Below, in pieces: positions 42,774-52,360 of a DNA stretch of 64,000 nt. Within the stretch, counting starts at the first letter, position 1, and each line of letters starts with the position of its first letter. Source of the stretch: Desulfobacterales bacterium (GTDB lineage Bacteria > Desulfobacterota > Desulfobacteria > Desulfobacterales > UBA5852); the NCBI GenBank assembly GCA_963674755.2, contig CAXXVS010000003.1, positions 1,760,001-1,824,000 of the forward strand. Direction: 5' to 3'. The notes under the pieces were generated by a model. The model did no database searches. It was given only the letters and a program-made list of their open reading frames with translations, and was not told where the DNA came from. The translations under genes and the position numbers were made by a program.

Positions 42774-43547
42774 CTACTGCAAATATTTTTCCAGAAAGGC
42801 TTTGGCGCGAACTTCGGCATCATCTGCCGCCGGCTTGTCATATTTCACGTGATGGCCCATATAGATTCTATTGCACCCGGGAACATCAAAACAGTGATAG
42901 GCGTTGGGGTAAAAAACAAAATCGGCTTCGTGCACGCCCCTTGGCGCTGCCTCAAGGTCATGGCATGCCTCGGCAGGCGTCCAATCGTCACTTTCACCCT
43001 TTAAGACGAGCAGCGGTGATGTGTTGGAGGCAAGATTGCCCGTACAATCCGGATAGAATGCGATCGCCGCCGCGAAAGGGCTTTCCACAGGATCAGGCAG
43101 ACATTTTCCATTGATGGCGCACATCGCCGTTTCTCCGCCCTGCGCGAAACCCATCAACGCGATACGATCCGCTTCGATGAATGGCAGGCCGCTCAGGTAT
43201 GCTTTTGCCGCCAGGGCGTCATACGTTCTTTCCTCTTTGGACACCTCCCCCTGGCATCCATGAACAACCCATCGGGGGCCGAAGCTGTCCACGATCAGGG
43301 TGGCATATCCCCAGTCATTCAACCTTTCGGCCCACATACGGGATCGTGGCGCCACGCCGCTGCACCCATGCAGCAAAATGACGGCGGGAAATGGCCCGTC
43401 GCCTTCCGGTTTGGACAGATACGCCTTAAGTTCAAGCGGTTCCGCCTTTTGCTGGGCGTAAGGGGCCTCAGACGCAAACTTGACCACGTTCGTGCAGGCG
43501 GACAAAACCATAAGAAGCATAACTAAAAAAACAGATCTCCGTGTCAT
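42774..43547 (-). CDS. Dienelactone-hydrolase-family alpha/beta hydrolase lipoprotein
   Basis: Lipobox LSAC, LLHGCSG, VDSFGPR, FYP, GESDDW, YHCFD; nucleophile elbow reads GFAQGG. Confidence 0.82.
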   Translation of the reverse strand: MTRRSVFLVMLLMVLSACTNVVKFASEAPYAQQKAEPLELKAYLSKPEGDGPFPAVILLHGCSGVAPRSRMWAERLNDWGYATLIVDSFGPRWVVHGCQGEVSKEERTYDALAAKAYLSGLPFIEADRIALMGFAQGGETAMCAINGKCLPDPVESPFAAAIAFYPDCTGNLASNTSPLLVLKGESDDWTPAEACHDLEAAPRGVHEADFVFYPNAYHCFDVPGCNRIYMGHHVKYDKPAADDAEVRAKAFLEKYLQ

Positions 43548-43869
43548 CGCTGTCATCCTTATCCGAGTTCTTGCGTTTTGACTATCGATCATGGGTCGCG
43601 TGGCTTGGTTAAGACGGCGGGGGACAACTATTTTGGATATTGTGAATATGAATGAAGGGTTAGACAGCATAGCGCCCGGATCCAAATAGATGGCTTGCGA
43701 TCGTGCCGGTTTGCTCTGAAAGACCGAGAGACGGGTCAAAGAAAAGGGTTTGATACCGCATTAAGAATCACACCAGCTCAAAAGGTTACAATCGGAAACG
43801 GATTTTAAAAATTGGGGGCAGTCTATATCCTTCATCAGTAGGCCGCCTGAAGCGGAAAGAGGTAAACCA

Positions 43870-44250
43870 ATGAAAAGTGATGGCGTGCAGCAACCCGAAT
43901 CCAATTTATCGCCTGACGCTCCGGCGGAAGATATTATGGTGCCGGCTGGCAACCTGATCGTGTGGTTGTCGGCATTGTCGCCGATCGTGGGGATCTTTTT
44001 CGAGATGCTCGGTATCGTCCTGATCGGTGTGCCTTGGCTGATCGTCCCGGATGTTATAGCTCTTGGCTTGAGCGTTTATCTCGCATACCTGGACCGAAAA
44101 AAACTCGAGGCTAAAGGGTATGACACATCCAAGCTAGGGCCGCCCTGGCTGGTGCCGATTTACCTGTTTAAGCGGGCACGCATGTTGAAGCACAAGTTGA
44201 CGTATTTCATTGTCTGGTGTGCGCTCTGTGCCGGGCTGGTTTTATTGTAA
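43870..44250 (+). CDS. Hypothetical small membrane protein
   Basis: GAGG SD; three hydrophobic segments; LVPIYLFKRA. Confidence 0.65.
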   Translation: MKSDGVQQPESNLSPDAPAEDIMVPAGNLIVWLSALSPIVGIFFEMLGIVLIGVPWLIVPDVIALGLSVYLAYLDRKKLEAKGYDTSKLGPPWLVPIYLFKRARMLKHKLTYFIVWCALCAGLVLL

Positions 44251-44322
44251 TTCATTTCAGCGGAGGCAATGACGTCGGCCCATCTTCCCGAATGATGCGC
44301 CAATGGACGGCCTTTTGGCACC

Positions 44323-45093
44323 TCACTGGTTGCGGCCGGCCATGACGCCCCCGTCCACATCCCAGATAGCTCCCGTAACCCAGCCGGCGTCATCCGATAG
44401 CAGGAAATCGATCACTGCGGCCACGTCATCCACGCGGCCCACCCGGCCGATGGGATGAAACTCGTTGAACCCGGCCAGGGTTTCCTCGATTTTGTCGGGA
44501 TCGATAAACGCGCCGTAGATAGGGGTCACGACAACGGCCGGCGAAACCGCGTTGACGCGGATGTTGAATTCGGCCAGTTCCATGGCCAGATGCTGGGTCA
44601 GGGAATGCAGTCCGGCCTTAGCCATGGAATACGCCGAGGAAGGCGTTGCCTTGATCGCCTGTTTGGCCCACATCGAGCCGATGTTGACGATGGCGCCGCC
44701 ACCGTGCGTTTTCATGTTGCGGGCCACAGCCTGGGTAATGAAAAAAAAGCTTTTGTTGAGGTCGAGGTGTTTGGCATAGTCGGACTTGGTGTGTTCCAGG
44801 AAAGGCGTGGGATTAAACGTGCCGGCGGTGTTCACCAGGTACTTGACATGGCGGGCCTCCTCTTCCAACTGTGCTCTAAACCGATCGACTTGACGTTCAT
44901 CCTGAAGATCGACGGCTGCGGTTTGCACCGTTCCGTCGGCGGCCAGTTCGGCCCGGGCCTTTTCCAGCCGATTCTGGTTGTGCGCCAGCAGCATGACCTC
45001 GGTGCCACGCCTGAGGAGGCGCTTGGCCGTTTGTTTGCCAATACCGCTGGAGCCGCCGACGATCAGTGCTAAGGGGTTTGTGGATGTTGGCAT
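44323..45093 (-). CDS. Short-chain dehydrogenase/reductase
   Basis: GGSSGIG, NIGS, YSMAK, NAVSP, VDGG; AGGAG SD. Confidence 0.92.
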   Translation of the reverse strand: MPTSTNPLALIVGGSSGIGKQTAKRLLRRGTEVMLLAHNQNRLEKARAELAADGTVQTAAVDLQDERQVDRFRAQLEEEARHVKYLVNTAGTFNPTPFLEHTKSDYAKHLDLNKSFFFITQAVARNMKTHGGGAIVNIGSMWAKQAIKATPSSAYSMAKAGLHSLTQHLAMELAEFNIRVNAVSPAVVVTPIYGAFIDPDKIEETLAGFNEFHPIGRVGRVDDVAAVIDFLLSDDAGWVTGAIWDVDGGVMAGRNQ

Positions 45094-45192
45094 GATTTGT
45101 CTCCTATTGGGGGATATGCGTGCGGTAGCCTTAGAACAGATCCGGCTGGATCTCGACATGGCCCTCGAGGTCCATCAGGCGCTGATCAGACG

Positions 45193-45702
45193 TTACCAGC
45201 CGTAGCCGCCGCGACATCCACCGTAAGCCGGACCGCGGGCCGCATCGGGCACGATCTTGCGCATCGCCAGATTGTAGTCCAGCGCGTACTGGTCGTACTG
45301 GGCCCTCAATGCCGACAGCTCTTTCTGAAGGGATTCGAGCTGGGCCCGGTCGGGGTTCGGCTTGTTCAATTCCTCCTGCATGGCATAATTTTTTTGACCC
45401 ATCTCATCCCGTAGATCCTGGGTCTGATCGTAGAACTTCTGCCGGGCGTTATCGAGCTTGTTGTATTGGTCCTGGGACAAGTTGCCACAGGCCGGTCCAT
45501 AGCCCGGACCCATCATGGGACCATAGCCGGGGCCCATCATCTGGCCGCCGTAACCACCGTAGCCCATCATGGGACCGTGGCCGCCGTAACCCATCATGGG
45601 ACCGTAGCCCCCGTAGCCGCCATGGGCCCAGACGGTGCCGGCGCCGGCGAGCAAGAGGATGGCGCTGATAATGAGTGCGTTGCGAAGGTTTACTCTTTTC
45701 AT
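45193..45702 (-). CDS. ZraP/Spy/CpxP-like periplasmic protein with Gly/Met/Tyr repeats
   Basis: Signal peptide ending VWA, GYGPMM repeats, LSQDQ (LTxxQ-like) helical core; AAGGAG SD. Confidence 0.8.
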   Translation of the reverse strand: MKRVNLRNALIISAILLLAGAGTVWAHGGYGGYGPMMGYGGHGPMMGYGGYGGQMMGPGYGPMMGPGYGPACGNLSQDQYNKLDNARQKFYDQTQDLRDEMGQKNYAMQEELNKPNPDRAQLESLQKELSALRAQYDQYALDYNLAMRKIVPDAARGPAYGGCRGGYGW

Positions 45703-45754
45703 CGGTCGATCTCCTTTTGGGGCTGTTGATGAAAAAGCATTGTCTTGTGAATAT

Positions 45755-45771
45755 CGCAAAGCACGTGCCAG
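45755..45771 (-). promoter_or_regulatory. Sigma54 (-24/-12) promoter of the ZraP-like gene
   Basis: CTGGCACGTGCTTTGCG matches TGGCACG-N4-TTGC, about 50 bp upstream of the ATG. Confidence 0.8.
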
Positions 45772-46359
45772 TCTTCGCGGCAGCCAGGTTTTCTATCGAT
45801 AACTATCCGGGATCCCATGCGATCGGTCTTTTTGTGCGACGATGCGCCATTACGGTGATCTCTGTCGCACTGGGTAGAAGTGACACGCTTCAGGGGATGG
45901 AGGGCAGGACCACCTGTAACCTATTTACACAGTGGCCGGACGGAATCAGAAGCGCGGGATGCGAATGCCGGAGAGGGGATGGTTGCGGCGGGCATTGCCG
46001 GAGCAGGGCGTCAGGAGAACCGGTCAAGACAATCGCCGACTGAACGACCGTTATCTTTTCCCTGGCTCACGCCATCAAGCGCGTGCTGAAAACTTGTCTG
46101 TTGACGCGCTGAACGAGAAATGAAAAGACTCATGCGGCTAAGGCCGGCGTTCAATCTGCATATCGCATATCTCCTTTTCTGCCACTGCCCTGGATCGGGA
46201 AACGCATCGACGACTATTCAACCGGTCGCGGTCATCACTGCCCCTGAAACGGTTGGGAATCCGTTGCTCTTTAGCGTGCCGACCATATGAAATTCGGGAA
46301 CGGCATGCCACCGGATTCGCCCCCTGGCTGTCAATACGATGAGTCTATTTGAGGGGAAA

Positions 46360-47100
46360 ATGATGAAAAAAATCCTGATATTAATGGTGTTATGGTACCT
46401 GCCATTGCCGGGCGTTCTGGCGGGACCGCCTTTTCGCACCGACGACCCCGTGCCGGTCGATTACAGGCACTCTGAAGTGTATCTATTTTCAGCCGGGACC
46501 CGCGAGAGCGGAGGAACGAGCGGGGTGGGTCCGGCCGTGGAGTACAATTACGGATTCAGGCCCGATATGATGGTGCATCTTATCCTGCCTATGGCGTATA
46601 ATGACCCCGAAGAAAGAGACGCGCATTTCGGTTACGGCGACACCGAGCTTGGGCTAAAGTACCGCTTCGTCCACGAAACCGATGTCTTCCCAATGATCGG
46701 AATATTTCCGCTCGTCGAAATTCCCACGGGTGACGAGGACGAGGGGCTGGGCAATGGGGAGGCCCAGTGGTTCCTGCCGGTCTGGCTCCAAAAGGACTTC
46801 GGCAAATGGACAACCTATGGCGGTGGCGGGTATTGGATCAATCCGGGTTCCGGGAACAAGGATTATTGGTTCTCCGGCATCCTGCTGCAATATGCGTTTT
46901 GCGACCGTTTCTATCTGGGAGGGGAAACCTTTTACCAGACCGCCGACACGGTCGGTGGCCAGGACGCCTTCGGTTTTAATGTTGGCGGCGGTTTGCAGCT
47001 CGTGAGGGGCGTGCAGCTTCTGTTTTCGGCCGGTCGCGGATTGACGAACACCTCGACCAACCGCTTTTCATATTATATCGCCCTCTACCGGGCGTTCTGA
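46360..47100 (+). CDS. Putative outer-membrane beta-barrel protein
   Basis: Signal peptide, GPPFRTDDP, GDTELGLKYRF, PTGD..GLG, amphipathic strands, C-terminal Phe. Confidence 0.75.
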   Translation: MMKKILILMVLWYLPLPGVLAGPPFRTDDPVPVDYRHSEVYLFSAGTRESGGTSGVGPAVEYNYGFRPDMMVHLILPMAYNDPEERDAHFGYGDTELGLKYRFVHETDVFPMIGIFPLVEIPTGDEDEGLGNGEAQWFLPVWLQKDFGKWTTYGGGGYWINPGSGNKDYWFSGILLQYAFCDRFYLGGETFYQTADTVGGQDAFGFNVGGGLQLVRGVQLLFSAGRGLTNTSTNRFSYYIALYRAF

Positions 47101-47218
47101 TTCGTTTCAACCACCGTCGATAGGGATTGTTGGAGGTGTCGTACCACCCCTTCGAGCATCTCCCAAATTCTTTGCCGGGCATGTTTGTGCAGCTTGTCAA
47201 CAACGTCCCCGCTAACCC
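47037..47218. repeat. Left 182-bp direct repeat bounding the AT-rich cassette
   Basis: Aligns ungapped to 58191-58372; 13 mismatches by manual count. Confidence 0.92.
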
Positions 47219-47677
47219 TCCTACCTGAAGCCTTAGAAGCAAAATATTTGTAATTGCGTTTTAGGGAGTGATTTTTCTGACAAGCATTCGGGGCTATTGG
47301 TAAAATTACCGGAATCCAACCCGATATTCAGCTTATTGAATGTTATCGGCATTCGAGCGTCGGTTCATTCAAACACAATATGTGTGGTGGAGCTTTATCC
47401 ATACTACAGTGGCACGCTACAAGCGTTTTCTGCATTACCATTTTCCATGTGATAGATGAATCTATATTTGAATCGGTCGGAGGAAAATTTTCTTCAACAA
47501 ATAACCATCTTTATTTGTAACACCAAATGTAGTAGTCGATTGAATTGAGAGACTGCAAACTGTGCAATATTGGCAAAAGTGCTTTTTCCAGGCGCCATTC
47601 GCTATCGATTAAGCCAAAAGGCTTTGTTTTCTAAAAACACGAGATAATCTCGAAGGGATCAGAAAGGAAACGCTGTT

Positions 47678-48058
47678 ATGACAAAAGAACTATTGGAAAA
47701 GGGTATCGAAAAACGCATCGAAGTTTTCGGATCTGAACGTATTAAATCTACGCTATATGAGGCGGACGATTTCAACAAACCCTTTCAAGAAGCGATGACC
47801 GAATGGTGCTGGGGGTTCGGCTGGGGTGACGATACGTTTGATCCGAAAACACGCTCCATGCTGAATTTGGTGATGATCGCTGCTCTAAACCGAATGGATG
47901 AATGGGAGTTACATCTGCGTGGCTCACAACGTACCGGCGTTAGCAAAGAGGAAATTCGCTCGCTGATTCACATCGTTGGAATCTATTGTGGCGTACCGGC
48001 GGCAGTATCATGTTTCCGTATCGCCAACAGGGTATTCAAGGAACTCGAAAGTGAATAA
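47678..48058 (+). CDS. Carboxymuconolactone decarboxylase family protein
   Basis: TEWCWG..W, RSML, ELHLRG, EEIR, GIYCGVPAA. Confidence 0.85.
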   Translation: MTKELLEKGIEKRIEVFGSERIKSTLYEADDFNKPFQEAMTEWCWGFGWGDDTFDPKTRSMLNLVMIAALNRMDEWELHLRGSQRTGVSKEEIRSLIHIVGIYCGVPAAVSCFRIANRVFKELESE

Positions 48059-48298
48059 CCGAAACTACGGTTCAGGGCAGGGATACCGGTTTGCCCTCTT
48101 TCGCACGGATCACCACCGACCGATCCCCCATCCTGCCGACCATTAAAATGGATCCCGGGGCTTCCCTCGAAGTTCAAGTTCCAGGGCGTTTTCCTCGATA
48201 CCTTTTACCAGGATCTGTTTCAGGGCATTCTGGATCTGAAAAACGGCTCGCAGGAAACATTTATTGTCAAGAACTGGCGATTAGGACACAACAGGCCT

Positions 48299-49687
48299 CT
48301 AACAAAAAAGGGTGTACAGTGATCTTACATCGGCCAATTTTTCAAAATTTTTTATTTTATCGACTGCTTTCTCAATATTCTCATCTGCAATGTTTCTGCC
48401 CGCTTTTTGAAGGCACATCCGAAATTTTTGTTCACATTCTTGCATATTCATCGGTCGTTTTTTGCTTCCTTTGGCAAAAGGTATGCTATTTTTCAACTTG
48501 CGACCATCTTTCAGTATCAGCTCAATGTTCGTTTTGGTGATACTTTTATTGGACTTTTGGTTAACGGTCGCGTCGACAAACGGAAAGACCTTTTTTTCGC
48601 CAAAGTCGAGAACGTCCGATTTGTTCAAGGCAGCTTTCTGAAAGCTGTCCAGATCAACTTTTCCATCAATCATAGCCGCAGCGGCAACGTAGTTGAAACT
48701 GAATTGCAGGTCTACGATAGTCTCCGGTCTTCTCTTTTTTCCCATCGGCTCACAGCAAATATTGTATGCTGACTGATTCACACCGATGTTAATTTTTTCG
48801 ACGTCCTGCGAAGAAATCCGATTCGTTGCGCAAAGCTCTATAATTCCATCGATGGCACCGTGCAAATGGGTACAGCAGGGATAAGGCTTTATCGTATTCT
48901 CGACCCCATAAAATGTGCGACCGATCTCTTTTGTTAAAATCACTGGATCGTACTGACCTTTTGCAAAAACGTTATAATATCCGAATTTCCCGGAAAAGAT
49001 ATCTTTGGCCCCAGTAATTCCCCTGCTGGCAAAAACGGCGGCAAGAACACCGGCACCTGCGCTGAACCCCTGCTGAAGTCTGATGGTCATGGCGCCGTCG
49101 ACGTAACATTGATTATTTCCGGCCAATTGACTATAGGCAATCCCCAAAGCGTTTTGCATCTGTGCGCTATCAAAGTCCATTAGCTTTCCGGCTACTATTG
49201 CGGCGATGATTGAAGCGAACTGAAATGTGAAGGAAAATCCGCTAATGTTGGACGGAATCGAATTTGCAAGCCCCATTCTGGCAGCCAAATCGGCGGCGAT
49301 CGTTATCGCTGTTAAATATTCCTTTCCACTGACACCTCCGATATAGTCCGAGATCACAAATGCGACAGGAACGCTGGTTGCATTGATATGAATGATAGAA
49401 TCGGGGAATACATCGTCGAAATCCAGAGCCCTTGCCATCATGCAGTTTGCTATAGCGGCATTATGAACGGGCACTCTTTTTTTATAAGTAGAAATGGCGG
49501 CATCCTGACGGCCGCCGATAGATATAATTTCATCGATTACCGTTTGGCAACCTGGGGCGCGGGAACCCGCGATCATCACTCCCAAGGTGTCGATAATATT
49601 TTTTTTCTTTTCTTCAATGGTTTCTTCGGAAATCGATTCGATGTTGCAACCAACAATGTATTCGACAATCTGTTGTGAAATATCCAT
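48299..49687 (-). CDS. MmgE/PrpD-family protein
   Basis: DTLGVMIAGS, ARALDFDD..H, KPYPCC, QFS. Confidence 0.9.
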   Translation of the reverse strand: MDISQQIVEYIVGCNIESISEETIEEKKKNIIDTLGVMIAGSRAPGCQTVIDEIISIGGRQDAAISTYKKRVPVHNAAIANCMMARALDFDDVFPDSIIHINATSVPVAFVISDYIGGVSGKEYLTAITIAADLAARMGLANSIPSNISGFSFTFQFASIIAAIVAGKLMDFDSAQMQNALGIAYSQLAGNNQCYVDGAMTIRLQQGFSAGAGVLAAVFASRGITGAKDIFSGKFGYYNVFAKGQYDPVILTKEIGRTFYGVENTIKPYPCCTHLHGAIDGIIELCATNRISSQDVEKINIGVNQSAYNICCEPMGKKRRPETIVDLQFSFNYVAAAAMIDGKVDLDSFQKAALNKSDVLDFGEKKVFPFVDATVNQKSNKSITKTNIELILKDGRKLKNSIPFAKGSKKRPMNMQECEQKFRMCLQKAGRNIADENIEKAVDKIKNFEKLADVRSLYTLFC

Positions 49688-49758
49688 GTCTTTTCCATTC
49701 GGCTATAGCAGATAGCCGGCATCAGCCAGCTGATTAACTTTATTTAAATTCCAAATCA

Positions 49759-50943
49759 TCATTGAAGGCTTTGAACGATTTGTTTGAATTCGTCATCTGT
49801 CACCAGGCCTTTCTTTTGAATCCCAACTGCTTTTACTTTCTGAACGAGGTTGTCTATTTGTTGATCGTCGATGTTGAGGTTCAACTTTTCCAGCTTGTAC
49901 TCAATGGACTTTTTGCCGCTCTTTTTACTAAGCAGCACCCCACGTTGGCGGCCGACGACTTCAGGAGAATAGCCTTCCACAGCAGGTGGATAGGAAATAA
50001 GCTGAGCTGCTGTAACACCGCTTTCCCTTTTAAATACGTTTTCACCGACAACGGGTTTGAGAGGCGAGATGGCGATTCCGGAAGACTGTTCGACGAGCTT
50101 TGAAACCTCATACAGCTTTTTCATGTCGATATTGGTATTCATGCCGTATAGATTGGCGGCCAGTGCAAGTTCGGCAAGATCCGTATTGCCAGTTTTCTCC
50201 CCAAGCCCGTTTATCGTGACATGGGCGCAATCGGCACCGCCTTTTACCGAAAAAAGGCTGCAGGATACTGCCATTCCAAAATCGTTGTGGCAATGAGTCA
50301 TAATGGGCAAACCCACCCATTCTTTGAGTTTTTTCGTAAGGTGGTACATTGTTTCCGGTGTCGCAACGCCCAAGGTGTCAACAATCACCATTTCATCCGG
50401 CTGTCCTTCGTTTGCCACGTTGCGAAAGATTGTTTCTAAGAATTCTAAATCGGCACGTGTGGAGTCCACTGCGAAAAAAGCGGTATACAGACCGAGGCTT
50501 TTGGCGTACTGCACGGCATCAATTGCCTTTTTCAGCACTTGGTCGCGGGTGATATGATACGCCTGCATCTTGATGTCGCTGGTGGCAATTTCACAAATCA
50601 CGTGCCTTATGCCAACCTGCACGCAGGCATCGATATCACCGCGAATCGAACGGCAAAAACCCCATATTTCGGCATTCAATCCGGCATTTACAATGAGTTC
50701 GGCAGCCTCTCGATCTTCTGTCGAGACAACCGGCATCCCAGCTTCGATCCGATCAACACCGAGACGGTCGAGTTGCTGTGCGATGCGCAGTTTTTCGTTC
50801 TTGTCAAATGAAACTCCGATCGTCTGTTCGCCGTCGCGAAGAGTGGTATCGTATATTTTCAGCGTGCCAGGAAAATTGTGCTCTCCTACAACGGCAGGAT
50901 CCAGATTCATTTCGCTTGTCCACCAGAGTTTATCGCCAGTCAT
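49759..50943 (-). CDS. DRE-TIM metallolyase (homocitrate/isopropylmalate synthase-like, no regulatory domain)
   Basis: DTTLRDGEQ, DTLG, HCHNDFG, NGLGEKTGN. Confidence 0.88.
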   Translation of the reverse strand: MTGDKLWWTSEMNLDPAVVGEHNFPGTLKIYDTTLRDGEQTIGVSFDKNEKLRIAQQLDRLGVDRIEAGMPVVSTEDREAAELIVNAGLNAEIWGFCRSIRGDIDACVQVGIRHVICEIATSDIKMQAYHITRDQVLKKAIDAVQYAKSLGLYTAFFAVDSTRADLEFLETIFRNVANEGQPDEMVIVDTLGVATPETMYHLTKKLKEWVGLPIMTHCHNDFGMAVSCSLFSVKGGADCAHVTINGLGEKTGNTDLAELALAANLYGMNTNIDMKKLYEVSKLVEQSSGIAISPLKPVVGENVFKRESGVTAAQLISYPPAVEGYSPEVVGRQRGVLLSKKSGKKSIEYKLEKLNLNIDDQQIDNLVQKVKAVGIQKKGLVTDDEFKQIVQSLQ

Positions 50944-50961
50944 TCTGCGGTCCTTCCCTGT

Positions 50962-52005
50962 TTAGTTCCTGTTATCATCAGATTTTGAATCGTCCATCGC
51001 CATTGCGAGCAGTTGTGCCATGTCGAGAACTTGGATATCGGCCTTAATCTTTTGAACGCCTTTGTTCAATTGCATCAGACAGAATGGGCAGCTTGTAACG
51101 ATTATCGATGCGCCTGTTTTCTCAAGTTGCTCGACGCGGTCCTGGGCAAGTTTTTCGCTCAGCTCCGGGGAAGTCACCTCAAGGCCTCCGCCTCCGCCGC
51201 AACAAGTCGACCACTTGCCGGTTTGGTCCTTTTGCGGTTCAACGAATTCCAACCCGTCGACCTTGGTGAGGATAGCCCTCGGCTCATCGACAATTTCTAA
51301 ATATCGGGACAATTGGCACGGGTCGTGATAGGTGACGCGCGTTTTTTCGGGTAGCTTCAATTTTACATCGGACTCCATCAACCGATCATGAACCACTTCG
51401 ATAAAATGCTTTACCTCAAATTCAAAGCCTTCGATATAGTCGGTGTAATACATTTTTAAAGAATTCGTACAGGCGGGTATCATGCTGACTATTTTTTGTA
51501 TTCCGTATGGCTTAATCGTATCAATGAATTTTGCAGCGTTTTTTTTGAAATCCTGTACAAAACCGGAGTAGTAAAGGGGCGATCCACAGCAAGGTTCGGA
51601 CGATCCCATATATTTCAGCTTTACATTCAGTTTTTGTAAAACCTTGACCGCATCAACAAGAATATCGCTGTATGAGTCATTTTTTCCATAGGACAGAACC
51701 TTTGCCGTTATGCTTGGAATATCCAAATGGGAGGATTTGAGAATTTTGGCAAAGTTCATGGTTTTGTTCATGTCCATGCCGAATTTTTTCATACCTTTTG
51801 CTGCGTTCATTAACTCCAAAGTATACTTCATCGTCTGATAGCCACAGCCGGCAAAAAAAATAAATTCGGCATCTTCATCAAAATTTAATTTTGAAGCCCA
51901 CTTTGAGCGGTCTCCTGAAATGCCAATTGGATTGTCTTTTTCGGTAACCGAATCCTTAATATAAAAATAAGCGCTAGGAATAATATTTTTATGAATTTCA
52001 TCCAT
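50962..52005 (-). CDS. CCG-domain Fe-S protein (GlcF/HdrD-like)
   Basis: FAGC, EPCCG, YHDPC, CCGGGGG, CPFC. Confidence 0.88.
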   Translation of the reverse strand: MDEIHKNIIPSAYFYIKDSVTEKDNPIGISGDRSKWASKLNFDEDAEFIFFAGCGYQTMKYTLELMNAAKGMKKFGMDMNKTMNFAKILKSSHLDIPSITAKVLSYGKNDSYSDILVDAVKVLQKLNVKLKYMGSSEPCCGSPLYYSGFVQDFKKNAAKFIDTIKPYGIQKIVSMIPACTNSLKMYYTDYIEGFEFEVKHFIEVVHDRLMESDVKLKLPEKTRVTYHDPCQLSRYLEIVDEPRAILTKVDGLEFVEPQKDQTGKWSTCCGGGGGLEVTSPELSEKLAQDRVEQLEKTGASIIVTSCPFCLMQLNKGVQKIKADIQVLDMAQLLAMAMDDSKSDDNRN

Positions 52006-52360
52006 TTACAGATTCTCCAAGAGATTGCATTTCGACCAATATTCGTCTAGCCTTTACTATCAAGTCTGTAGTTTTAACGCCCATAGCCATCTGCTTGCAC
52101 AGGTTCTGACATTTTCTACAGGTAGTGCATGTAAATAGAAGATCGGCAAGTTCCTTTTTTGTGCCTATGCCGTAGTTAAAGTGATAATAAATGGCCAAAA
52201 TCCTGCCTACCGGACCTTCCGTATACCAATCCGTATAAAGCGGACAGACGCGAAGACACATCTTGCATTTTTGACAAACCTTCAAAAGATCGATTTCATC
52301 GGAGAGCAGATCGGTGAGTTCCGATCGTCTTTTTTCAATTTCTGAATTCTCAGTCTTCAT
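51998..52360 (-). CDS. 2x[4Fe-4S] dicluster protein
   Basis: CQKCKMCLRVCP and CTTCRKCQNLC; overlaps both neighbours. Confidence 0.85.
   Translation of the reverse strand: MKTENSEIEKRRSELTDLLSDEIDLLKVCQKCKMCLRVCPLYTDWYTEGPVGRILAIYYHFNYGIGTKKELADLLFTCTTCRKCQNLCKQMAMGVKTTDLIVKARRILVEMQSLGESVNG

Noticed and set aside
45495..45620. Short tandem repeats as a CRISPR array
   Set aside because: They are coding GYGPMM repeats within the ZraP-like gene; no repeat-spacer array or cas gene was seen anywhere in the window
47410..47425. TGGCACGCTACAAGCG as a sigma54 promoter
   Set aside because: The -12 element is AAGC rather than TTGC and it lies about 250 bp from the next start; too weak to call
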